A stretch of DNA of 64,000 bases from Chloroherpetonaceae bacterium (GTDB lineage: Bacteria; Bacteroidota; Chlorobiia; Chlorobiales; Thermochlorobacteraceae): positions 29,791 through 93,790 of the forward strand of contig JANRJQ010000003.1 in the NCBI GenBank assembly GCA_033763895.1, in the 5' to 3' direction. Positions 18,701 through 28,017 of this stretch are shown one piece after another. Both the position numbers and the translations under genes were made by a program. The notes beneath the pieces were generated by a model. It was not told the DNA's origin and did not search any database. It saw only the letters and a list, made by a program, of their open reading frames with translations. Within the stretch, counting starts at the first letter, position 1, and each line of letters opens with the position of its first letter.

Positions 18701-21385
18701 ATCGGTCACGGAGGGGGCGCGGTTTGGAGCGATAGTCAAGTTATGGAACTCGGTGATGTCTCGAGGCTATCCAACACCACTGCCTTGCCATTCGTTACAA
18801 GTATGTCCTGCTTTACAGGCGCTTTTGACGATGGAATAGGTGCCTACACGCTTTCTCAAGCTTTGACTTTATCAAGAAGAGTCGGTTCGATTGGGGTTAT
18901 TGCTTCGGCGGGATTTGGTTGGTACAGAAATGACTTTCTGATGTCCCAATCAGTCTTTGAATTTTTATTAACCGACCAGTATCAAGGGCTTTCAATCGGT
19001 GATATGCTGTTTCGAGGTAAGACACGCTATTACCTCCAGTATAAATACACAGACATCGACATCGCACCCTCAATGATGTATCAATACGGCGTTTTTGGAG
19101 ATCCTGCGTTGAGGCTTGCTTCTGCAGGGGTAACAAGAAGCAGAAATTCACTTTCAGGCGGAGCGAATACCGCAAATCTTAAAGCAGTTTCAAGCCTTGT
19201 CGCGTTAAATGACTCATTAAGAATTACCGGATCAATTCCGGGTATTACGGAAGGCAATGGTTTTGCAAAAATTTCGGATCAAGACAATTTTGATGTTACG
19301 GTACAACTCCAACCATTTGTCGTTCGTTCAGGAAAAATAGGGCAAATCGTTGGCGGCGTGTTTCGCGATACGCTTGCTATTCAAATTACTCAGCCTCCAA
19401 CGATTACTGCTACAAATGTTCAAAATTTTAAAGGCGGGCAGTTCAAGTATTACATTCGCTCAACTGCTCAGCCAGATGGTGTGCAACCTTCCGATATCTC
19501 GGGAAGAGTACCCTTTATTTTGCAGGGAACGGCAATTCAAAAGGTGATTCCATCATTAACAATTCAAGAGGCGCAAAATAAATCGATAACCTTTTCAGTT
19601 CAAGCAGAGTCTAGTCAGCCAATTGATAGTGTCAGAATTGTCTCTGAGATTTACAGGCCAAGTGCAACCAACCTAAATCAAAATACCCTCATCTATACCC
19701 GAAGCTTTTCGACAAGCAGATCTCAGAATGTCTTTATAGCGGTTGATTCCATCCCGGCCGCCTTTATGAACTTTTCCAACCGCATCATTTATTATGCAGA
19801 GTTATTTCGAAACGGAACGAGGCAAATATCACAAGTCTCATCTGAATTTATCGGCAATCCAAATGACATCTCAGCGGTTCCAAAAGCAAGAACTGGGTTA
19901 ATCCAATACTATGATAACCAAACAATTGGTTTCTATATGGAAAATGGAAAACCGAGAATTGGAGCTGATATCTTTAATTGGAAAGGAACTGAAGTTCAAA
20001 AGGCGTTAGTTTATTTCTATCATAATTCGGTTATCAATAGACAAACATCACAGCCACCAACCCTTAGAACAAACCCGATTCTTTTGGGAATTGACACGAT
20101 TTCTCTTCCGGCTTTTGACCCAACCAAAACCTCAGGCGTTAGAGCCTCAATCCCAGTTCCTGACACACTTAATTTATTTTCCACACTGAATGTCGGGATA
20201 AGGGTTTTAGCAGATACTTCCGGTATGAGTTATGAAGAAAGTTATCAGAATAACTTATCCAATCAAATTCCGATTAATTACACCCTTCAAACAATAAATG
20301 ATCTAACTTCAACGACGATTTCGATTGCGGGAGATTTAACAGTTAAGTTTGAACCATCAACATTTCAATTGTCAAAAGCAACTGTAATTTCAAAAATTGT
20401 TAACCCAGTAAAAATATTGCAGCCCGACAATCAATTTGTCCCTTTTCAATCCGATCCTTTCAATCCAATAGCATTTCAAATTTCACCCTCAGATTCTGCT
20501 GAACCTTTGTTAAAACCTGTCACACTTACATTTAACATTGCCAAAAATGTATTTAGCGCAGACAGGTCTAACATTTATGCATTTATTTACAATTCGTCTT
20601 TTCAGAGGTGGTTAAAAATTCCTGATCAACAGAGATTAAACGATACCACAATTTCATGTCAAGTCAACGAACTAGGTCAATTTGCACTGATGCATACGAC
20701 GGATTTACAAAGGCCAATTGTTACGCTAGGTATTGAGGGACAGGTTTATTTACCAAATGGCCCGGCTCCAAAAAGGCCAAGAGTTTCAGCCACGATTCAA
20801 GATCAAAATGGGGTTTTTGTTGATCGACGGCAAATGAAAGTGATTCGAAATGGCGATAGTTCGGAAGCAGTTCAAGGAAAACTCTTAATACCTCAAGCAT
20901 CATTCAATTCTAATACAATTGGCGTAGTATATGATGATGAATTTGATCAAGGTTCTCATGAATTAATATTTGTTTTTAACGACGCAAATCTTAATGAGAC
21001 CCGAACTGAACCAATGCTTTTTCAGGTGCAAACAGAGTTTAACTTGAATGTGTATGGGGTTTATCCAAATCCATTTGAGGAACAAACACGAATTGTTTAC
21101 GAGATTAGCGGAGAGCAAGCCGCCGAGGTTCTTGAAATCAAAATCTATAATGTTGCCGGAAAGCTCATTAATTCTTTGAGAAACGGCGAAATTGGGGCTA
21201 CAGGCTTTATACTTGAAAATTTAGCTTCTACAGATTTGAATAGCACTGGTGCTAAAATCGTAATCTGGACGGGTCAAGATAAAGATGGTGCACCAGTTGC
21301 GAATGGTGTTTATTACATCAGAATTCGTGCGACTTATCAAGGCAGAAGCTTTGAGCAAATCTTAAAAGCAGCTAAAGTAAGATGA
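15710..21385 (+). CDS. PorU/gingipain-like C25 cysteine peptidase with T9SS-type (FlgD-Ig) C-terminal domain
   Basis: Signal peptide; propeptide-like segment; DGIYRI...DFIEFFG...DPYSDENIYYL; IYDEFNYG..SP.AIRDFL; catalytic GHG (His1000) and SMSC (Cys1034); FGDPAL; C-terminal YPNPF...IYNVAGKLI...WTGQD..G..VANGVY. Confidence 0.88.
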   Translation: MNSFYFEKLNVNRVFFAFLAIFLFIALNQSDVYSQSELKENRPAQNPLNTNTNPLESSLPQTLDEGFASQSTGETKPTLVSLKQKSKGISILTFNFPSPYKKLKGVADKIEETLGLPKVDHLISGIGYDVPSFSYIIQGKITSVKIVSKEHLESLPLSLTFHPEEFEDIPIGNDGPKPKPVSRESRQKEFNVFPEKEISFFFGGSMRGVPISTITVSPYRYDPRKKMVTVSKTVTVEVSFDLAESDKIAIGIDEESILKSKPRKKLPYSQSISKGNIQMASPNLGEGKNRIANLPVSQIPGLSSLPVRPKAKIITDKDGIYRIGFFEFQEYLRSGSITADFFTADPRTLRLFNKGIEIPILVKGEQDGAFNRNDFIEFFGEKNALKFADSQRPDMYTDPYSDENIYYLYWEPSLNNTNRGLRLVEIPVEVRNPVARGFNLATQTFRSNLHFEEDLGGLGGLVPSQSIEQNLSRAFARFNTTEYKRTRNESDFRDRAFWDAVFLNSQREFPIELPGLADVADDSIRIKVAYHGLSYDSRFNPQNRAVLQLGGVVVGQTNWGNGAKSQELKIDNFVTSARQFFVGVRRDYDTIKTIQVANQDDNSTVLPGEEGRSFFVNWFNISYPRTYQAFDDKISFSIPVGRAAGRYEFLITGFTTPNIQIYKRGVGILNNFTVEPYFEIIENPDGSATRIEKQVYRIRFQDNVINPNDVIYDAIPQTEKLLPLRVEKLLPSNLYEPGVRLVDKTNDYSFIIITSSKFIGEQNFNDSRNVIFQYKTYREERLAQLGERSRVLVVTAESIYDEFNYGIKSPRAIRDFLDYAYHEWRESPIYVLLIGGAFRIKNSGNLVPTMRIQTIEFGATAADAWYVMIDGTDESGKLDLLPDMQISRIAASNTGDVANYLEKLKQYEEYAVTGEWRNRVIMIAGEAGRTSFNDPNDNKIIQTDEIIRQNLGRNFFVSRINTGEGRFPSNPQLDIHLGNSETLRNLMNNDGSLVLNFIGHGGGAVWSDSQVMELGDVSRLSNTTALPFVTSMSCFTGAFDDGIGAYTLSQALTLSRRVGSIGVIASAGFGWYRNDFLMSQSVFEFLLTDQYQGLSIGDMLFRGKTRYYLQYKYTDIDIAPSMMYQYGVFGDPALRLASAGVTRSRNSLSGGANTANLKAVSSLVALNDSLRITGSIPGITEGNGFAKISDQDNFDVTVQLQPFVVRSGKIGQIVGGVFRDTLAIQITQPPTITATNVQNFKGGQFKYYIRSTAQPDGVQPSDISGRVPFILQGTAIQKVIPSLTIQEAQNKSITFSVQAESSQPIDSVRIVSEIYRPSATNLNQNTLIYTRSFSTSRSQNVFIAVDSIPAAFMNFSNRIIYYAELFRNGTRQISQVSSEFIGNPNDISAVPKARTGLIQYYDNQTIGFYMENGKPRIGADIFNWKGTEVQKALVYFYHNSVINRQTSQPPTLRTNPILLGIDTISLPAFDPTKTSGVRASIPVPDTLNLFSTLNVGIRVLADTSGMSYEESYQNNLSNQIPINYTLQTINDLTSTTISIAGDLTVKFEPSTFQLSKATVISKIVNPVKILQPDNQFVPFQSDPFNPIAFQISPSDSAEPLLKPVTLTFNIAKNVFSADRSNIYAFIYNSSFQRWLKIPDQQRLNDTTISCQVNELGQFALMHTTDLQRPIVTLGIEGQVYLPNGPAPKRPRVSATIQDQNGVFVDRRQMKVIRNGDSSEAVQGKLLIPQASFNSNTIGVVYDDEFDQGSHELIFVFNDANLNETRTEPMLFQVQTEFNLNVYGVYPNPFEEQTRIVYEISGEQAAEVLEIKIYNVAGKLINSLRNGEIGATGFILENLASTDLNSTGAKIVIWTGQDKDGAPVANGVYYIRIRATYQGRSFEQILKAAKVR

Positions 21386-22524
21386 AAATCGTACTCAATT
21401 TTTCCAAGTGTTTCGTACCCGAGAGGATGATCTATTTTATGTTATCAAAAGTTTTTGTCTTCAGAAAAAGTGGATTGTTTTTGCTTTTTTTAGCGGCGCT
21501 TTCAATAGAAATTGAAGCTCAAACCGTTCGTGATGATTATCAATACACGGCCGCATTTTTAGATATCCCTTTGGGGGCACGCGCATTAGCCTTAGGCGGT
21601 CAGTTTACACCCATCGATAACATTGACGGAACAGCATTCTTCTGGAACCCGGCTGCTGTATCTGCAACAAAAGGAAATGTGATTTCTACGATGTATTCAA
21701 ATCAATTTGGTACAATAGGAAGCCCTCTTTCAAATTACTTTCATATTGGATACTCTCACGAACTTTCAAGTGGTTTTGGATTTTCAGTGAATTGGATTAG
21801 AAACAGTGTTTCAAATATTCCATTAACAGGAGCAATTGACCCGACACAAGGGTTTGATCAAATCATTCAACGAGTAAAAAATGGTGAGTTTAATTTAGGT
21901 GAATTTAATAACGCAGATGACGCGCTATTTTTAACCTTTGGTAAAAATCTATTAAGTCAAGTTGACTTTGGTTGGCAATATTTTAAGGTGCCAATCGAGA
22001 TTCCAATTGGTCTTACGATTAAGTATATCAACCAAAGCTTTGGCGGGAATCCGAATGTTGATTACCGAGGAAGTGGAATCGGTGTTGATTTAGGAACACT
22101 ATTTAAGATGAACTTAGGGCAACTCTTTAAGACACAAGCTGTTGGGGATTTTGCTTTGGGTTTTACAATTCGAGATTTGTTTAACACGCCGGTTTCTTGG
22201 AATACTTTTTTAGGAACACGGTCAACCATACAAAGATCGTTTCTTGTGAATTTATCTTACAAGCAACAACTGAATTTTATATCCAGCTCACTTCTCGTCT
22301 CTTATACTTTCAATAGCAAATATCAAGGTGAAAATTCGATTGGGGTTGAATATAAGTTCCAAGATATAGTAACACTAAGGGCTGGAACATTAGAAGGTAA
22401 CTTTACTATTGGCGCAGGAATAGCGATTATTCAGGCGGTTTATATTGATTATGCATATCAAGCCAATGATCTTGGAGGTCCGCATAGAGTAGGTCTTACG
22501 ATGAATTTAGCAAAACTCTTTTAA
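21382..22524 (+). CDS. PorV/PorQ-family outer-membrane barrel protein
   Basis: AAFLDIPLGARALALGG...AFFWNPAA N-terminal signature, IDYAY...LGGPHRVGL C-terminus; true start may be 21427 or 21439. Confidence 0.82.
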   Translation: MKIVLNFSKCFVPERMIYFMLSKVFVFRKSGLFLLFLAALSIEIEAQTVRDDYQYTAAFLDIPLGARALALGGQFTPIDNIDGTAFFWNPAAVSATKGNVISTMYSNQFGTIGSPLSNYFHIGYSHELSSGFGFSVNWIRNSVSNIPLTGAIDPTQGFDQIIQRVKNGEFNLGEFNNADDALFLTFGKNLLSQVDFGWQYFKVPIEIPIGLTIKYINQSFGGNPNVDYRGSGIGVDLGTLFKMNLGQLFKTQAVGDFALGFTIRDLFNTPVSWNTFLGTRSTIQRSFLVNLSYKQQLNFISSSLLVSYTFNSKYQGENSIGVEYKFQDIVTLRAGTLEGNFTIGAGIAIIQAVYIDYAYQANDLGGPHRVGLTMNLAKLF

Positions 22525-23381
22525 TGAAACCTTCCAAAAGAGTATATAAAACCGTTTTAAATTTCGAATCGATGATCTCAACAAAAGTTTTGTTAGTTCT
22601 TTACTATGCCATTACTTTGTTTTTAACTGCATGTGTTGAACCTGCCGACCCACCGGTTCCACCAACTCCCGAATTTATCCCTAAGAGTTCAGATACTGCA
22701 AGAATCGAAACAGGAATAAGGCCTGCCTATGGCAGAGATGGAATCTATATTGAATGGAAAAACATTAACTCAAGAGATATCTCAGGTTATCGTGTATTTA
22801 GAACCGTTGATACTTTAGGGGGAAGACCTGTTAACTTCAGATTGTTGCGCGAAATTCCAATTGGAACTCAGGTTATTGGCGGGGATACTACTTTTCTTGA
22901 TACACAGGTTGGTCTTGATACAGCTTATTATTATCAAGTTGCCTCGTATTCAAGATTTGGAACTCAAAGCAATCTATCGACCACCGAAAGTTACCGATTA
23001 ACAAGAAGACCTTCTCTTTTAGGCCCAAAAAATGTTATAGATTTACCAAGTGATAGTATAATAACTTTTTTTTGGAACAAACCTAATGTCAGCAGTGGAT
23101 ATTATGTTATTAAAGTCTACGAATTTAATGGGTCTGAAAACTTTATTGAAGAAGAATGTATGGCAGTAGGATACCAGAAATCAACCTTTTTGTTTACAGA
23201 TTCACTTAGGATTGACTTTAGAACGATTCGCACACAACTTTCTTTTGACGAAGGGATTCGTGTTTTTAAGAAAATACAATCAGGAAACAGGCAGTATCGT
23301 TGGCGTGTGTTTCTTTATCCAAGAGGAAGAGAGCTTAATTTTGGATCAGCTTCTGAAGCCTTACCTTTTATCATACGATAG
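22524..23381 (+). CDS. Lipoprotein with fibronectin type III-like domains
   Basis: Lipobox LTAC; IEW...GYRVFR...FLDT....YYYQVASY FN3 pattern. Confidence 0.72.
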   Translation: MKPSKRVYKTVLNFESMISTKVLLVLYYAITLFLTACVEPADPPVPPTPEFIPKSSDTARIETGIRPAYGRDGIYIEWKNINSRDISGYRVFRTVDTLGGRPVNFRLLREIPIGTQVIGGDTTFLDTQVGLDTAYYYQVASYSRFGTQSNLSTTESYRLTRRPSLLGPKNVIDLPSDSIITFFWNKPNVSSGYYVIKVYEFNGSENFIEEECMAVGYQKSTFLFTDSLRIDFRTIRTQLSFDEGIRVFKKIQSGNRQYRWRVFLYPRGRELNFGSASEALPFIIR

Positions 23382-23409
23382 GTTTTTTATCATCATAAAA
23401 TTGAATTCA

Positions 23410-23943
23410 ATGAAAAAGTTTAAACTGACCATCCCTTTTTTTGTAATTCTGCTGATTACTGTTCAACCGGAAAAAATTTTTTCACAAGCTTTTGGCAATA
23501 ACCAAGATGTTTCAACCCCAAGAGTTGATTTCTCAGCAGGACCAACAGTTTATCAATTTACTCAGGCAAAGGGAGTTCAAATTGATGTAAATTTATGGGG
23601 TTTTGTAGGCCGGCCGGGAAAGCATTACATTTCATATGTAACGAACCTTATCGATTTGCTATCTGTTGCTGGTGGGCCAGATCGGGAGGCCAAGCTTGAT
23701 GAAATCCGTATCATCCGTTACTCAAATCAAGACACAACAATTGTTGAGCGTGTATTAAGAGTTGATATAGATAGGTTTATTGAGACTGGTGATATGTCCG
23801 GTATTCCAGTGTTGCTTCGTGGAGACACAATCATTGTACCGGGTGGAACTCTAAACTTGATACGCGATTTTAACTTTGTTTTACAAACAATTCTTGGGTT
23901 AATGAATTTTACTTTAATTCTCGTTACGCTTAGAAATCGTTGA
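23410..23943 (+). CDS. Secreted SLBB (beta-grasp) domain protein with C-terminal hydrophobic helix
   Basis: Signal peptide from ATG 23410; VNLWGFVGRPG, LLSVAGGP and LLRGDTIIVP are SLBB/Wza-like motifs. Confidence 0.8.
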   Translation: MKKFKLTIPFFVILLITVQPEKIFSQAFGNNQDVSTPRVDFSAGPTVYQFTQAKGVQIDVNLWGFVGRPGKHYISYVTNLIDLLSVAGGPDREAKLDEIRIIRYSNQDTTIVERVLRVDIDRFIETGDMSGIPVLLRGDTIIVPGGTLNLIRDFNFVLQTILGLMNFTLILVTLRNR

Positions 23944-24033
23944 TTTTTTTAAAAGAAGCCTTTATTGAAACAAAAAAAAGTACTATTTTACACTATTGCT
24001 TCCAGACCTAACAAACTGCACTCTAAGTGTCTT

Positions 24034-25257
24034 ATGAAGAAATTTTTACAAGTTGTCTTAATTCTGTTTCTCTTCTCTTCTACTACAGAGAAGGTTTTTT
24101 CTCAATATGTACTTACATCTGGGGGAAGGCTGATGAGAGCTCAGGAAGCATATCTTCCAAATGTGGGGGCGTTTTCAATTTATAATCACTTTGACTTTAA
24201 TACGGTAGCGGGTGCTTATGGAGATGGGTTTGGGGGAGCTGTTCCACAATGGTTAATGAGAAATATCACCGTCGGTGATTATGTGGTTTTCCAAAATTTA
24301 CAAGTTTCGGGAGCGGCTTTGCTTTATCAAGATGTTCACCATCTTGATACCAAAAGCAGTTTCCTTGAAAACATCACTTTGGTTGCGAAGTACGCATCTC
24401 TCCCTCTATTTAATGAAAATATTTATGTTGGATTTTTAGGAAGTTTAATGATTCCGTTAGGTTCAGGTGTCTATAATTCTTATGGAAATCCTTACACAGC
24501 TGGTGGGACTGAAATCGGAGTTATGACGATTTTATCCTATTACACCGATGAACTTTTCCCTAGAGAATCATTTAGCGTTAACCTAAATTTAGGTTATTAT
24601 AACTTTCTTGATAACGGTAAAGACATCTCAAATAACTCAAATCCGTTGCCTTCTTCAGCCTCTGCTTCAGCGCTGAATTATGCTTTAGCTTTTAGGCTTC
24701 CAACTTCTTCTGTAGAGTTAATGGCTGAATTTTGGGGATGGTCGTTTGTAAACAAGCCACCACTTCAAGCCTATACAAGAGAAGATTTATCTTTTATCAC
24801 TGTTGGCTTAAAATTGAGGCCACTTGAAACGGCTGCTTTAACATTGGGAATTGATTACTTGCTATCGGGTAATAAAGATGAAACCTCTTACAACTCATTT
24901 TATGATATCATTCAGAGGCCCGGAGCAAACCCTATCAATTATACACAGTGGAGAGCCATTATCGGTATTCAAGTCAATATCAGTAACGGAACTGCAAGCA
25001 CCACCAGATTTGGCTCAACTGAAGAAGAAGTTCTTCTGCCCGAAACAACATCTCAGGGTGCTATGATAATTTTACGCAAATTGGAAGAAAATTACAGGCC
25101 CGGAGGTAAGGATGATGCCATTACAACCAAAGGAAAAGAAGAATTGAGTCGGAGAAGAATAGAAATAGAACAAAATCTTGAAGTCTTAAGGCAAATTTTG
25201 CGTCAAGCAGAAAGTCAACAAGGGACTTCTCAACCTTCAACAAACGAACCTAAATAA
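24034..25257 (+). CDS. Predicted outer-membrane beta-barrel protein with C-terminal coiled coil
   Basis: Signal peptide from ATG 24034, amphipathic strands, C-terminal ELSRRRIEIEQNLEVLRQIL helix; paralog of the next gene. Confidence 0.65.
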   Translation: MKKFLQVVLILFLFSSTTEKVFSQYVLTSGGRLMRAQEAYLPNVGAFSIYNHFDFNTVAGAYGDGFGGAVPQWLMRNITVGDYVVFQNLQVSGAALLYQDVHHLDTKSSFLENITLVAKYASLPLFNENIYVGFLGSLMIPLGSGVYNSYGNPYTAGGTEIGVMTILSYYTDELFPRESFSVNLNLGYYNFLDNGKDISNNSNPLPSSASASALNYALAFRLPTSSVELMAEFWGWSFVNKPPLQAYTREDLSFITVGLKLRPLETAALTLGIDYLLSGNKDETSYNSFYDIIQRPGANPINYTQWRAIIGIQVNISNGTASTTRFGSTEEEVLLPETTSQGAMIILRKLEENYRPGGKDDAITTKGKEELSRRRIEIEQNLEVLRQILRQAESQQGTSQPSTNEPK

Positions 25258-25284
25258 ATTTTTAATAACAAATATCAACGCTTT

Positions 25285-26739
25285 ATGTCAAAAAATTATA
25301 CTAAAAAGTTTTTGTTATTAGTTTCACTGCTTGTATTAACAGTTAGCTCAACATTTGCACAATACACTTATACGGCAAGTGGAAGATTGATTCAGGCTCA
25401 AGAAGCGTTGATTCAACGATCTGGTAGCTATGCTTTTTTTAGCAGAACGGATTTTAACTTTTTACCTGATGCTTATAGAAATAATGGAATCCCAGTCGCT
25501 CACTCATTAGTGAGAACATCGCTACACGCCGATTACTCATTACTTGACAATGTTCAATTTGGCTTAAATGCGATGCTCTATCAAGATATTAACCATCGTG
25601 ACAAGTTCAGTTCATTCCTTAATAATGTTACTTTAGTAGGAAAAGTGGGTTCTATCTCTCTTTTTTCTGATAATATCTATGCTGGATTGTTGCTTTCAGT
25701 AATGGTTCCAACTGGTGGTAATAGTGTTTGGAATTCCTATGGTAACCCATACTCTGCTGGTGGTGTGGAATATAGTGGTAATGTTCTTTTGTCTTATTAC
25801 TTAGACGAGATATTCCCACAAGAATCGATAAGTTTTACTGCAAATTTTGGCTTTTACAACTTTAATGATGTTGGCGGTAATTTGGCAAATGTTTCTGACC
25901 GTGAATTGCTCAATCAAGGTGCCTCGACCACATCTCTAAATTATGCTATTGGTGCAAAAATACCTTTTCAAAATTTTGACTTGATGCTTGAGTATTGGGG
26001 TTGGTCTTTTGCAACAGAACCACCAGTAAATGCATATACAAGACTCAATGCATCTTTCTTATCAGCTGCGATGAAATTTAGAACTTCTCGTAGTTTTTCC
26101 ATAACATTAGGTTTTGAATATCGCGTGGGTGGCGGTTCAGAATCAACAACAGTTCTTTCCCCAATTAACGGTATTGTTCCTCGCCCCTCAGCAATTACAG
26201 GAGTTCCTTACACCAATTGGAGAGGAATTCTTGGTTTTGAAATGAATTTCCCGACTTTCAGAAATACGACTTATTCTGGTGGAAGTGGTGGATTTGATGA
26301 ATTCTCTGATGGTCAAGTAATGCCATCATCGCAGGATTCTTATTCATTGATTAGGAAAATTCAAGAAATTGATGAAGATAAAGAAACAATTGCAAGAAAA
26401 ATTGAAGAGTTCAGACGCCGCCGTCAAGGTATTGAAGCAAATCTTGAACAAATAAGACGCGCACTGAATGAATCTAAAAAGCCAGTAGAAGAAGCACCTG
26501 CCCCAAGTCCGGCACCGGCACCAGAAACACCGGCACCGACGCCTGCGCCAAGTCCAGCTCCAGAAACACCGGCACCGACGCCTGCGCCAAGTCCAGCACC
26601 AGAAACACCAGCACCGACGCCTGCGCCAAGTCCGGCACCAGAAACACCAGCACCGACGCCTGCGCCAAGTCCAGCTCCGGAAACACCAGCACCGACACCA
26701 GCGCCAAGTCCAACGCCTACTCCAAATCCTCAATTTTAA
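25285..26739 (+). CDS. Predicted outer-membrane beta-barrel protein with coiled coil and Pro-rich repeat tail
   Basis: Signal peptide (TFA-Q), paralogous to 24034..25257, EFRRRRQGIEANLEQIRRAL helix, then PAPETPAPTPAPS x5. Confidence 0.65.
   Translation: MSKNYTKKFLLLVSLLVLTVSSTFAQYTYTASGRLIQAQEALIQRSGSYAFFSRTDFNFLPDAYRNNGIPVAHSLVRTSLHADYSLLDNVQFGLNAMLYQDINHRDKFSSFLNNVTLVGKVGSISLFSDNIYAGLLLSVMVPTGGNSVWNSYGNPYSAGGVEYSGNVLLSYYLDEIFPQESISFTANFGFYNFNDVGGNLANVSDRELLNQGASTTSLNYAIGAKIPFQNFDLMLEYWGWSFATEPPVNAYTRLNASFLSAAMKFRTSRSFSITLGFEYRVGGGSESTTVLSPINGIVPRPSAITGVPYTNWRGILGFEMNFPTFRNTTYSGGSGGFDEFSDGQVMPSSQDSYSLIRKIQEIDEDKETIARKIEEFRRRRQGIEANLEQIRRALNESKKPVEEAPAPSPAPAPETPAPTPAPSPAPETPAPTPAPSPAPETPAPTPAPSPAPETPAPTPAPSPAPETPAPTPAPSPTPTPNPQF
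26515..26709 (+). repeat. Coding tandem repeat, 5 x 39 bp
   Basis: ccagaaacacc/ccggaaacacc recurs at 26521, 26560, 26599, 26638 and 26677; units differ only at synonymous sites. Confidence 0.97.
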
Positions 26740-26750
26740 TTGAAGGTTTA

Positions 26751-26786
26751 AAATGATAAAGGGCTCTTCGGAGCCCTTTATCATTT
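26751..26786. terminator. Bidirectional intrinsic terminator
   Basis: Perfect 16-bp stem aaatgataaagggctc-TTCG-gagccctttatcattt between convergent genes. Confidence 0.9.
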
Positions 26787-26800
26787 GAGAACAAAATGAA

Positions 26801-28002
<1,202 letters not shown>

Positions 28003-28017
28003 AAATATTACAAAAGA

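Noticed and set aside
23212..23409. N-terminal extension of the SLBB ORF in the ORF track
   Set aside because: Overlaps the lipoprotein gene; the ATG at 23410 gives a proper signal peptide.
26515..26709. 39-bp periodic repeat as a possible CRISPR array
   Set aside because: Units are contiguous with no unique spacers, stay in frame within a CDS, vary only synonymously, and no cas genes are present.
15710..26739. The envelope locus as a recently acquired genomic island
   Set aside because: No mobility genes or flanking direct repeats seen and it sits between secA and hemB; a compositional shift could not be quantified by eye.
26344..26784. Arg/Cys/Trp-rich minus-strand ORF (and the nested 26474..26713 ORF)
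   Set aside because: Antisense shadows of the Pro-rich repeat.
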